Shown one piece after another: positions 7,672 to 15,309 of a stretch of DNA of 20,145 nt. The stretch's first letter is position 1, and every line of letters begins with the position of its first letter. Source of the DNA: Polyangiaceae bacterium. GTDB lineage: Bacteria; Myxococcota_A; Polyangia; Polyangiales; Polyangiaceae. The position numbers were made by a program, and so were the translations under genes. Location: the NCBI GenBank assembly GCA_965222375.1, contig CBDCTZ010000010.1, positions 1-20,145 of the forward strand, given 5' to 3'. The notes beneath the pieces were generated by a model. That model made no database searches, was not told the origin of the DNA, and saw nothing but the letters and a program-made list of their open reading frames with translations.

Positions 7672-10600
7672 GTGATGGTTCGGTGGATTCAATGCAGTTT
7701 GTTGTGCGCGCTTGCGCCCGTAGCCATTGGCTGCGGGCCGAGTACTAATCGCCCACATGATGGGCACGACGTAGCCGGTGAGCTCGGGGGCATGTCCTCA
7801 GAGGTCGTGGACACCTACGCAGAGCCGTTGGTCGTGGATTGGAATCCCAATCACCGGACGGATCTGGAAGTGATGATGCGGGAGCGCATCGCGTTGGTTC
7901 GCTATCAGAAGAACGCGATCAAGATGCTCAAGGATTGCTCGATCCCCGGCGGCTACGGCTACGTCGGTGTCAGCAAGAAGGAGCAGATGATTCAGTACGA
8001 GACGGCCGACGAGGTCAAAGCGAATCTGCCGGGCATCATGCAGGCGATGGGCGCCAGCATAGGTGGGGAACTCTCCAAGGACTCAGCGCTCAATATAGGT
8101 CTCGTCATCGTAGGCAAACGTACGGCTGTGCGAACCCGCGCGGAGCGTAGAGATGCGGAAGGGGATTGCGATGGCGCGACCCACTTCGTGCGAGGCGCAA
8201 CGGTTGGCGCCTTCGCAATTCAGTCCGGCAACAAGAGCAAAGCCGCCACGGTTGCGGGTCTGTTCGGCGCCAGCGTCGAAGCCCAGACTTCCAGCAGCAA
8301 GGTCGTGGGGACGAAGGATGGCAGCATCGAGAAGTGTGCCAATGCTTCCACGGAAGCGGAAAAGCCGCCGGATGGCTGCACGTCGTTGCTGCGCCTCGAA
8401 CTACGTCCCCTTGGCACGGAGAAGGTCACTATCGCCAAGGACGCAGAAGGCAAGCAGGTCGTAGTCGCTGGAGTGCCGGTATGCGAAGGTAATCTGGTGT
8501 GGGACGGGGCGAAGTGTACTCCCAAGGCCGCCGCCAAGAAGGGCTATGCCTGCAGCGGCAGAGATGCCGGGCCGTGTCGAGCCCAGTGCGACAAGTCCAA
8601 CCCCAAGAGTTGTGAACAGCTGGGCCGGATGTACCGCAGCGCGACGGGTGGCGTTGCCAAGGACATGATCCAGGCTGTGGCGTTCTTCAAGAAGGCCTGC
8701 GACCTAGGCAGCGAGTCCGCGTGCTCGGAGCTGGGCTCCCATGCACTGCTCGGGGCTGGCCTTCAGAAGGACGAGTACAAGGCCTTCAAGACCTTCGACA
8801 AAGCGTGCCGGCAGGGTGACGGCATGGGCTGCACCTTCCTGGGCCGGATGCATCGCGACGGCATGACCTCCAACGCCAAGACGGACCGGGCGTTGCCGCT
8901 TTTCAGCCGCGCCTGCTCCAGCGGTCACGCCCACGGTTGTACCGAGCTGGGAGAGCTCTACGAGCGCGGCGTGGGCACGGCTCGCAACTACAAGAAAGCG
9001 CTGTCCTATTACAAGAAGGCTTGCGTCGGCGACGATGCGGACGGCTGCGCCTACCTCGGCATGATGCACGCCACGGGTCGTGGCACGACCCTGGACCGCC
9101 TCAAGTCGGTCGAGTTGTTCAAGAAATCATGCAAGGCGCGTAGCGCGAAGGGTTGCGTGCAGCTCGGCATTGCGCATCAGGTGGGTCGCGGCCTGCAACG
9201 GGATTACAAGGAAGCGGCCAAGCACTACAAGATGGCGTGTGAGCTTTGGGGCGGCGCGGAAGGTTGCGCCCGGCTCGGTCGCGCCATGATGTACGGCCGG
9301 GGCGTCAAGCGCGACAACTACAAGGCCTACAAGCTGATCAAGCAGGGCTGCGACAACAACAGCGGTTACGCTTGCAGTCAGCTCGGCGAGATCTACGAGT
9401 TCGGGCGGGTTCGCAAGTCACGGGACAAGCTTCGAGCCCTCGAGCACTACCAGCGCGCCTGCGAGCTCTTCGACGGAGAAGGCTGCCGCGTCATCGGCAT
9501 GCTGTATCAAGCTGGAAACGGGGTTCGCAAGGACGATAAGCGCGCCCACGAGTTCTTCGAGCGCGGCTGCCGGACTGGGCACCCCCGTAGCTGCTTTCAC
9601 TTGGCCGCCAACTACTACCAGGGCCGGGGCACGGGCATGGACTACAAGCTGGCGCTCCAACACTTCGAGCACGCCTGCTCCGGCGAGTACGCGCCCGCGT
9701 GCTCGGATCTTGGCGCGGCGTATCACTTCGGTCGCGGCGTCCCCAAGGACACCAAGAAGGCAGCGGAGCTGTTCGAGCATGCTTGCGAATTGGGCAACAC
9801 CACGGCTTGCAACAACCTCGGCTACTATCACGAGAAAGGCATCGTCACGGATGCCGCCAAGGGGCGCTCTCTGGCTCTGTACGCGAAATCCTGCGAGCGG
9901 CGAGATGCCCGAGCATGCGAACGCCTAGCGCGCAAGTACAACTACGGTACCGGCGGTATCAGGAAGGACCCCTTGAAGGCGGTCAAGTACTACCGTGCAG
10001 CCTGCGATTTGCGTTCCTACAAGTCCTGCAACTCACTGGCTTACGCCATGCGTCGCGGCCGCATGGGGATGAAGCCGAATCCGAAGCAGGCCCTGAAGCT
10101 CTACCAGCGGGCGTGCTACGGGCGCTACACTTCCGCCTGCGAGTCCATGGCCGACATGTACATTCACGGCAAGGGTGTGCGCAAGGACGTGAAAAAGGGC
10201 ATCAGCATTCGCGAACGCTCTTGCCGCCAAGGCAAGTCCATGAGCTGCCGCAACTTGGCGCGCATGTACAAGGACGGCCAGGGCGTGGAAAAAGACATGA
10301 AGAAGGCCGCCACCTTCTATGAAAAGGGCTGCGGCCTGCGCAGTAGCAACGACTGTCGCGAGCTTTCGCTGCTGCTCGAATCCGGCAAGGGCGTGAAAAA
10401 GGACGCCAAGAAGGCGGCCAACTTGATGCGGCGAGCGTGTTCCTACGGCGACCGCCGCGCTTGTGGCGAGATGGGCTACTTCTTCGCCCGTGGCATCGGC
10501 GTCAAACGAGACCGCGAGAAGGGCCTGAAACTCTTGCGCCGCGGCTGCGCGCGCTACGGCCGTTGGTACAAGACCAAGAAGAAGAAGGTCGAGAGGGTTT

Positions 10601-10683
10601 GGGCCTGCAAGGCACTCCAGCGCCTCAACGTGCCTTTCGAGACCAAGGTCAAGGCGCCCAAGGGCGGGCTGGTCTCAGGCTAG
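7672..10683 (+). CDS. Lipoprotein with an unannotated N-terminal domain and ~18 Cys-paired (Hcp-type) Sel1-like repeats
   Basis: Lipobox-like signal (LAPVAIG-C), RBS GGAGAGG. The ~36-aa repeats follow 'A..yy.kAC..g...gC..LG..Y..G.Gv.kD' with C-x7-C pairs; 18 full units plus a cap counted by eye. Confidence 0.92.
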   Translation: MMVRWIQCSLLCALAPVAIGCGPSTNRPHDGHDVAGELGGMSSEVVDTYAEPLVVDWNPNHRTDLEVMMRERIALVRYQKNAIKMLKDCSIPGGYGYVGVSKKEQMIQYETADEVKANLPGIMQAMGASIGGELSKDSALNIGLVIVGKRTAVRTRAERRDAEGDCDGATHFVRGATVGAFAIQSGNKSKAATVAGLFGASVEAQTSSSKVVGTKDGSIEKCANASTEAEKPPDGCTSLLRLELRPLGTEKVTIAKDAEGKQVVVAGVPVCEGNLVWDGAKCTPKAAAKKGYACSGRDAGPCRAQCDKSNPKSCEQLGRMYRSATGGVAKDMIQAVAFFKKACDLGSESACSELGSHALLGAGLQKDEYKAFKTFDKACRQGDGMGCTFLGRMHRDGMTSNAKTDRALPLFSRACSSGHAHGCTELGELYERGVGTARNYKKALSYYKKACVGDDADGCAYLGMMHATGRGTTLDRLKSVELFKKSCKARSAKGCVQLGIAHQVGRGLQRDYKEAAKHYKMACELWGGAEGCARLGRAMMYGRGVKRDNYKAYKLIKQGCDNNSGYACSQLGEIYEFGRVRKSRDKLRALEHYQRACELFDGEGCRVIGMLYQAGNGVRKDDKRAHEFFERGCRTGHPRSCFHLAANYYQGRGTGMDYKLALQHFEHACSGEYAPACSDLGAAYHFGRGVPKDTKKAAELFEHACELGNTTACNNLGYYHEKGIVTDAAKGRSLALYAKSCERRDARACERLARKYNYGTGGIRKDPLKAVKYYRAACDLRSYKSCNSLAYAMRRGRMGMKPNPKQALKLYQRACYGRYTSACESMADMYIHGKGVRKDVKKGISIRERSCRQGKSMSCRNLARMYKDGQGVEKDMKKAATFYEKGCGLRSSNDCRELSLLLESGKGVKKDAKKAANLMRRACSYGDRRACGEMGYFFARGIGVKRDREKGLKLLRRGCARYGRWYKTKKKKVERVWACKALQRLNVPFETKVKAPKGGLVSG

Positions 10684-10692
10684 TCTGACCGC

Positions 10693-11202
10693 GTGTTTGG
10701 CAAGTTCCTCAAGCGCGCCAGCGAGGTGGTGCCTCTCGCTGGCGCGGAGCAGCTTCTGGCCGTCGTGCGTCGCGAGCTGCCTGCCGCCGACGACGAGACG
10801 GTGCAGGTCGTTGCGGCGATTGCCGGGCTAGTTGGCGTGGTGGCCTACGCGGATCGCGACTATTCCGACGCGGAAGAATCCAGAGTACGAGAGGAGCTCG
10901 GGCGCGTCCACGGAATGACTGCGTCTGGAGTGTCGGCCATTTGCGCCGTGCTGCGCGAGCACGTCGTGGAGGTCGCGACGGTGCAGGCGCCGCGCTACTC
11001 GAGGACTCTGCGGGAACTGGCCGATCTCGAGCTCAAGAAAGACGTGCTCCAGCTCTTGGTCGACGTTGCGGCAGCGGACGGCGAAATCTCCCATGCAGAA
11101 GTGACCGTACTGCGCCAAACGACCCAAGCATTGGGGCTCGATCAGGCCGACTACAACGCGGCCCAGGCGGCGCATCGAGACAAGGTCTCGTTCTTGCGTT
11201 GA
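10693..11202 (+). CDS. TerB family (tellurite resistance/co-chaperone-like) protein
   Basis: Paired motifs VAYADRDYSDAEE and VAAADGEISHAE...LGL. Lies 9 bp after the Sel1 gene. Confidence 0.88.
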   Translation: MFGKFLKRASEVVPLAGAEQLLAVVRRELPAADDETVQVVAAIAGLVGVVAYADRDYSDAEESRVREELGRVHGMTASGVSAICAVLREHVVEVATVQAPRYSRTLRELADLELKKDVLQLLVDVAAADGEISHAEVTVLRQTTQALGLDQADYNAAQAAHRDKVSFLR

Positions 11203-11289
11203 CCTGCCGCGCCATGGGCGCCGAGCTCGCCGCCCGGTTCGGGTTCGACGAAGTCTACCTCCGTCCCATCGAGCCGTGAGCGCGCTGCT

Positions 11290-11460
11290 TCACCAATCTG
11301 GCAGCGAAAGCCTGATCATTGTTGTTTTTGACTTGAGCCAGCCGAACGTGAAGACGTTGCCGCTGAGGTCGGTCGTGACGCCGCAGGCGAACTCGATGTC
11401 GCTCGTCTTGTGTACCGCCTCCGTCCAGAGCGCCGCGCCGGTGGTCCCATCAACCTTCAC
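11290..11460 (-). pseudogene. Remnant of a beta-propeller (SBBP-like) repeat protein
   Basis: The minus strand reads VKVDGTTGAALWTEAVHKTSDIEFACGVTTDLSGNVFTFGW, a single propeller blade. A shifted frame at an A5 run continues with NNNDQAFAARLVK. Confidence 0.5.
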
Positions 11461-11469
11461 TCGGCGGGC

Positions 11470-12924
11470 TCACCCCTTGATCACACCTAGCGGAACCAAT
11501 CGCGCGACTTTGCGGGACACACCGGCGCCGTGGATCACGTCCACGACGTCGGCGACATCCTTGTAGGCCTCGCTCATCTCTTCGACCAGAGTGCGCAGAC
11601 CGCGACTCATGACGTGAATGCCCCGCTCGCGCAGCTCTCGATCGATACGCCGCCCCCGAGCTTGCTTCAACGCCGCCTTGCGTGACAGCACGCGCCCCGC
11701 TCCGTGGCAAGATGATCCAAAGGTCTCCTCCATGGCGTGAGCGTTGCCCGCCAGAATGTACGAATAGCGCCCCATGTCCCCGGGGATCAACACGGGCTGC
11801 CCCACGCCCCGGTAGCGCTCCGGCACGCGTGCGTCCTCGGCGGCGAAAGCGCGCGTGGCACCCTTGCGATGCACCAGCACGCGCGTGGCCTCTCCATCCA
11901 CCAAGTGCTCCTCGAGCTTCGCGATGTTGTGACACACGTCGTAGAGCAGATGCGCGTTCAGCTGCTCGACCGAGACGCTCAAAGCACCAGCCACCGCCCG
12001 CACCGCTAGCCCTGTCATCACCTGACGATTGGCCCAGGCAAAGTTGGCCGCCGCCTGCATCGCGCCCAGGTACTGCCGCCCAATGTCCGAACGGATCGGC
12101 GCGCAGGCCAATTGGCGATCTGGTAGTGCCGCGTAGTCGGCGCCGTACTTCTCGTAGCTCCGCGATAGCTTGTGCAAGGTCTCGTCGCACACCTGATGAC
12201 CCAGCCCGCGCGAGCCGGAGTGAACCATCAATGTCACGCCGCCTGCGCGGAGTCCGAACACTTCCGCAGCCTCAGCGTCGTAGATCTCGTCGATGCGCTG
12301 CACTTCCAAGAAATGATTGCCGCTGCCCAGCGTGCCTAGTTGGTTCTGCCCACGCTCCAGCGCGCGCTCGCTGACGGCCTTGGGTTCCGCGCCGGCAAGG
12401 CAGCCGCCCTCTTCAGCGAATGCGGCATCGTCTTCCGAGGCGCAGTAGCCGTGCTCCACGGCCCAAGTCGCACCCTTGGCCATCACGCTGCGCAATTCGG
12501 ATTTGGAAAGCGCCTTGATGGCGCCACCTTCCCCCACACCGGTAGGAATCGCCTTGAATAGCTTGTTCACGACGTCAGCTACGCGCGGTGCAATCGCATC
12601 GGCTTCCAGCCCCGTCGTGATCACTCGCACGCCGCAATTGATGTCGTAGCCGACGCCCCCCGGGCTGACTGCTCCGTCTGCGGCATCCACCGCAGCCACA
12701 CCGCCAATCGGGAAACCATAGCCCCAATGGATGTCCGGCATCGCCAAGCTGGCGCCGACGATCCCCGGCAAGTAGGCGACGTTGCGCACCTGCTCCAGAG
12801 CCTTGTCCTTGCGCACCTTCTCTAGCTGCTGTTCCGCGAGGTACACCCGGCCCGGCACCTTCATGCCGCCCTCTTTGGGGATCTCCCAAGCAAAGGGACC
12901 GCGACGCTGTAGCTGCACCGTCAT
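11470..12924 (-). CDS. rtcB: RNA ligase RtcB (long, archaeal/eukaryote-like subtype)
   Basis: MPDIHWGYGFPIGG, VGYDINCG, QLGTLGSGNHFLE, HSGSRG, HN, HRKGAT, PGDMG, HGAGR and EE...AYKD motifs. Confidence 0.97.
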   Translation of the reverse strand: MTVQLQRRGPFAWEIPKEGGMKVPGRVYLAEQQLEKVRKDKALEQVRNVAYLPGIVGASLAMPDIHWGYGFPIGGVAAVDAADGAVSPGGVGYDINCGVRVITTGLEADAIAPRVADVVNKLFKAIPTGVGEGGAIKALSKSELRSVMAKGATWAVEHGYCASEDDAAFAEEGGCLAGAEPKAVSERALERGQNQLGTLGSGNHFLEVQRIDEIYDAEAAEVFGLRAGGVTLMVHSGSRGLGHQVCDETLHKLSRSYEKYGADYAALPDRQLACAPIRSDIGRQYLGAMQAAANFAWANRQVMTGLAVRAVAGALSVSVEQLNAHLLYDVCHNIAKLEEHLVDGEATRVLVHRKGATRAFAAEDARVPERYRGVGQPVLIPGDMGRYSYILAGNAHAMEETFGSSCHGAGRVLSRKAALKQARGRRIDRELRERGIHVMSRGLRTLVEEMSEAYKDVADVVDVIHGAGVSRKVARLVPLGVIKG

Positions 12925-12930
12925 CGGGTC

Positions 12931-12936
12931 ATGGTA
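12931..12936 (-). promoter_or_regulatory. -10 element for a probably leaderless rtcB transcript
   Basis: TACCAT lies 6 nt before the ATG; no Shine-Dalgarno. Confidence 0.5.
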
Positions 12937-13113
12937 GCGCCAAGCACCGAGCTAATGGGCTCCAGATGCTCGGCTCCGCTTGTGCTTGTCCTGGCGCTAC
13001 TCATCAGCGCGTGGTCGATTTTTGGTTGGTTGGTTGGTTTGGGGGTGGCCCGCCCAGTTCGTCATCGACAGTTCTTCGAGGTCCGGCGCGTTCCCGTCAC
13101 TACATGCTGCGCC

Positions 13114-13145
13114 TTGGCAAGTTAGTCGATCGACTAACTTGCCAA
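13114..13145. repeat. Perfect 32-bp palindrome (operator or REP-like element)
   Basis: TTGGCAAGTTAGTCGA|TCGACTAACTTGCCAA; the second half is the exact reverse complement of the first, with no loop. Confidence 0.9.
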
Positions 13146-13155
13146 CTTGGCCGCG

Positions 13156-13164
13156 TGTTACCCT
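13156..13164 (+). promoter_or_regulatory. Extended -10 element for a probably leaderless VOC transcript
   Basis: TG-T-TACCCT lies 7 nt before the ATG at 13172; no Shine-Dalgarno. Confidence 0.45.
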
Positions 13165-13171
13165 CAGCTCC

Positions 13172-13537
13172 ATGGCGACGGTAACACCCATGCTCCGGGT
13201 CCCCAATCTACGTGAAGCGATTGCTTGGTACGAGGCGCTGGGTTTTCGGGTCACATCCACCGACGCGGACATCCAAGACAGCGATGAGATCGGGTGGTGC
13301 GAGCTGTGCCTCGAGGGCGCCGCCCTGATGCTGCGGGTGGGAGCCCAAGAAGACCAACACGAGCATGGTGACATCACGCTGTCTTTCGACGTCGACAACG
13401 TAGAGGACCTGTTTGCGAAGCTCGCTCACAGTAGCGAAGTCGTCTACCCGCCCCGCAAACAGCCCTACGGTCGCCTCGACTTCGAAGTTCGGGATCTGAA
13501 CGGCTTTCGCCTTCTTTTTGGCCGCGACCTCGAATGA
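13172..13537 (+). CDS. VOC/glyoxalase/bleomycin resistance family protein
   Basis: VTPMLRVPNLREAIAWYEALGF...SFDVDNVEDLF...QPYGRLDFEVRDLNGFRLLFG; 121 aa from ATG 13172. Confidence 0.9.
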   Translation: MATVTPMLRVPNLREAIAWYEALGFRVTSTDADIQDSDEIGWCELCLEGAALMLRVGAQEDQHEHGDITLSFDVDNVEDLFAKLAHSSEVVYPPRKQPYGRLDFEVRDLNGFRLLFGRDLE

Positions 13538-14187
13538 GCATCCTCCGTCGGAGCTTCGCGAACGGGAGTGGGTCCAAGCACGGCTTGCCCGCTGCGGTGT
13601 TGGTGGTTTCGTGCTCGCTGATCAACTGCGGCGGCGACACGGATGACGACAAGGGCGCGGCGGGGGGCAGCGGCGGCGCCTCCAGTGGCGGAAGTGCCGG
13701 GTCGGCGACTGGCGGTTTTGGTGGCACGACGACGGGCGGCAACGGCGGAGCGACGAGCGGTGGTAGTGGCGGCGTCGCGACGGGTGGCAATTCGGGCACG
13801 GCGGGAAGCGCTGGCAGCGGCGCAGTAGGCAGCGTGAATTGCGGTGGCATTTCTTCGCCCCCGACCGAGTGCGGGCCCCAGGAGTACTGCTGCAGTGGGA
13901 AGTGCGTTCCAGACAGCGCGCCGTGCTCTGGCTACGCCTTCCAATGTGATGACGATGCTGACTGCCCAGGGCAGTTCTGTTGCGTCACCAAACTCGGCAA
14001 GCTGGATGGCGGACCTCAGGTTGCCCAATGCCAGGCGAGCTGTGATGCCGATACCCAGCTCATCGTGTGCAAGGCGCCCCTGAGTCCCGGTGGTTGCCCC
14101 CCCGGCATGTCCTGCGAGATCACCGCGACGCTCCCACCCAGCTACGGCTATTGTTGCCCGACCGGGCAGCCGTGTAGCGCGACTTAG
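13534..14187 (+). CDS. Putative lipoprotein, Gly/Ser/Thr linker and Cys-rich C-terminal domain
   Basis: Hydrophobic signal ending LIN-C, a long Gly-rich linker, then a Cys-rich region (CDDDADCPGQFCC). ATGA overlap with the VOC gene. Confidence 0.8.
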   Translation: MSILRRSFANGSGSKHGLPAAVLVVSCSLINCGGDTDDDKGAAGGSGGASSGGSAGSATGGFGGTTTGGNGGATSGGSGGVATGGNSGTAGSAGSGAVGSVNCGGISSPPTECGPQEYCCSGKCVPDSAPCSGYAFQCDDDADCPGQFCCVTKLGKLDGGPQVAQCQASCDADTQLIVCKAPLSPGGCPPGMSCEITATLPPSYGYCCPTGQPCSAT

Positions 14188-14438
14188 CGAGCGCGAGCCT
14201 CCGAGTTGCTCGAGAGCTTCCCGTAGCTAGCGAGAGCAAGAAACGCTCTGGACGATTGGGATCGGCCACCTCGGCTCCCGCCGGCGTGAGGTGCTGCGCG
14301 TCGGTACGCCGTGACGGTACGCGGCGCCGGGATCGCCTCGCCGCTTGTCCCGGACGCATCAAATGTCCGATTGTATCGAGTGCGGCAGTTCACGGTCCGC
14401 CGTAGTTTCTGGACATCCACCCCTTGCCGGAGACGACC

Positions 14439-15272
14439 ATGCGAACTTTCACCACCCTGAAGACCCTGTCAGCCGGTTGCGGTTTGGCTCTAGCGTTTCT
14501 GGCTGGTTGCGGCGGGGGAGAATCAACGGGAAGCGGCCCTGGGGCTGGCGGTGGCGGCGCTGTCGCCTCCGGCGGCTCTGCCGGCGCAGGCACGGGCGGA
14601 GCAGGCGGGGCCAACACTGGAGGCGCAGGTGGCTCGGGGACCGGGGGGAGCGCTGGCGCGGGAGGGTCGGGCGGGGTCATTTGCGCAGCAGGATCGATCT
14701 GCCTCGAAGTAGCGATGATTCCTGGTCAGACCGCACCCACGGCTGCGGGTCGCCTCGGTGTGGTGTGGGTGGACGGCAGCGACCTCGGGAATTCCGCCAA
14801 GTGGCAGGTTGCCTACGACACGTCCTTTGGCCCAAGCGTCACCCAGTACGCGATTCCTCTGAGCGGGATTTCCGCTCCCTCCCCAGGCCTGGCCTACTGT
14901 GGCTCGAGTGGCTGCTCGGGTTCGGCGCCGCAAGTGTTTCTGGGCACCATCGTAGCGGTTCGCGACGCCAACAAGAACGGCGCCATCGACATCGACAGCG
15001 AGGTCGCCATCGCGGAGAAGATCGGCATCGCTCACGGGATCGTGGTCAACTCCCCGACCGACCACGGCAGTCCACCAACGCCCCTCGACCCGCTTTTCGG
15101 AGGAGCGATCAAGGGCGGCACGCATGTGTACGCGCTCGGCACCACAAGCCCCGTCAAGCTCGTGCCGAGCGACGCCTCGCAGCCAATCGTGCTCAACGCC
15201 TGCGGTGCGACGGACACGGCCTGCGGCGCTAGCCCCGAGATCCCCAACCCCTTCGCGAACCTATCCCTCTAA
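14439..15272 (+). CDS. Putative lipoprotein, Gly-rich linker and unknown beta-rich domain with an EF-hand-like loop
   Basis: RBS GGAG, lipobox LAG-C, Gly linker, and a DANKNGAIDIDSE Ca-binding-like loop. Confidence 0.82.
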   Translation: MRTFTTLKTLSAGCGLALAFLAGCGGGESTGSGPGAGGGGAVASGGSAGAGTGGAGGANTGGAGGSGTGGSAGAGGSGGVICAAGSICLEVAMIPGQTAPTAAGRLGVVWVDGSDLGNSAKWQVAYDTSFGPSVTQYAIPLSGISAPSPGLAYCGSSGCSGSAPQVFLGTIVAVRDANKNGAIDIDSEVAIAEKIGIAHGIVVNSPTDHGSPPTPLDPLFGGAIKGGTHVYALGTTSPVKLVPSDASQPIVLNACGATDTACGASPEIPNPFANLSL

Positions 15273-15309
15273 GTCATCGCCGCGTGACCACTCTGATCAG
15301 GAAGACCCC

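Noticed and set aside
8560..10560. ~108-bp periodicity that could suggest a DNA repeat array or CRISPR
   Set aside because: Fully explained by protein-level Sel1 repeats; there are no identical DNA repeats with unique spacers.
12931..13125. 64-aa hydrophobic ORF (LVLVLALLISAWSIFGWLVGLG)
   Set aside because: Its start overlaps the rtcB -10 element, it runs into the palindrome, it has no RBS, and part of its hydrophobicity comes from the TTGG repeat. A small membrane peptide cannot be fully excluded.
12980..13171. N-terminal extension of the VOC ORF
   Set aside because: VOC similarity begins at ATG 13172; the extension runs across the promoter and palindrome.
12925..13171. Y RNA or tRNA-like RNA next to rtcB
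   Set aside because: No cloverleaf or T-loop motif is visible, and no Ro60/TROVE gene is present.
13374..13850. Pro-rich antisense ORFs (also 14390..14680, 17435..17959, 19426..19827)
   Set aside because: These are shadows of Gly-rich linker codons on the opposite strand.
15124..15309. 62-aa N-terminal extension of the CDCL ORF
   Set aside because: It overlaps the upstream gene; the RBS and signal peptide fit ATG 15310.
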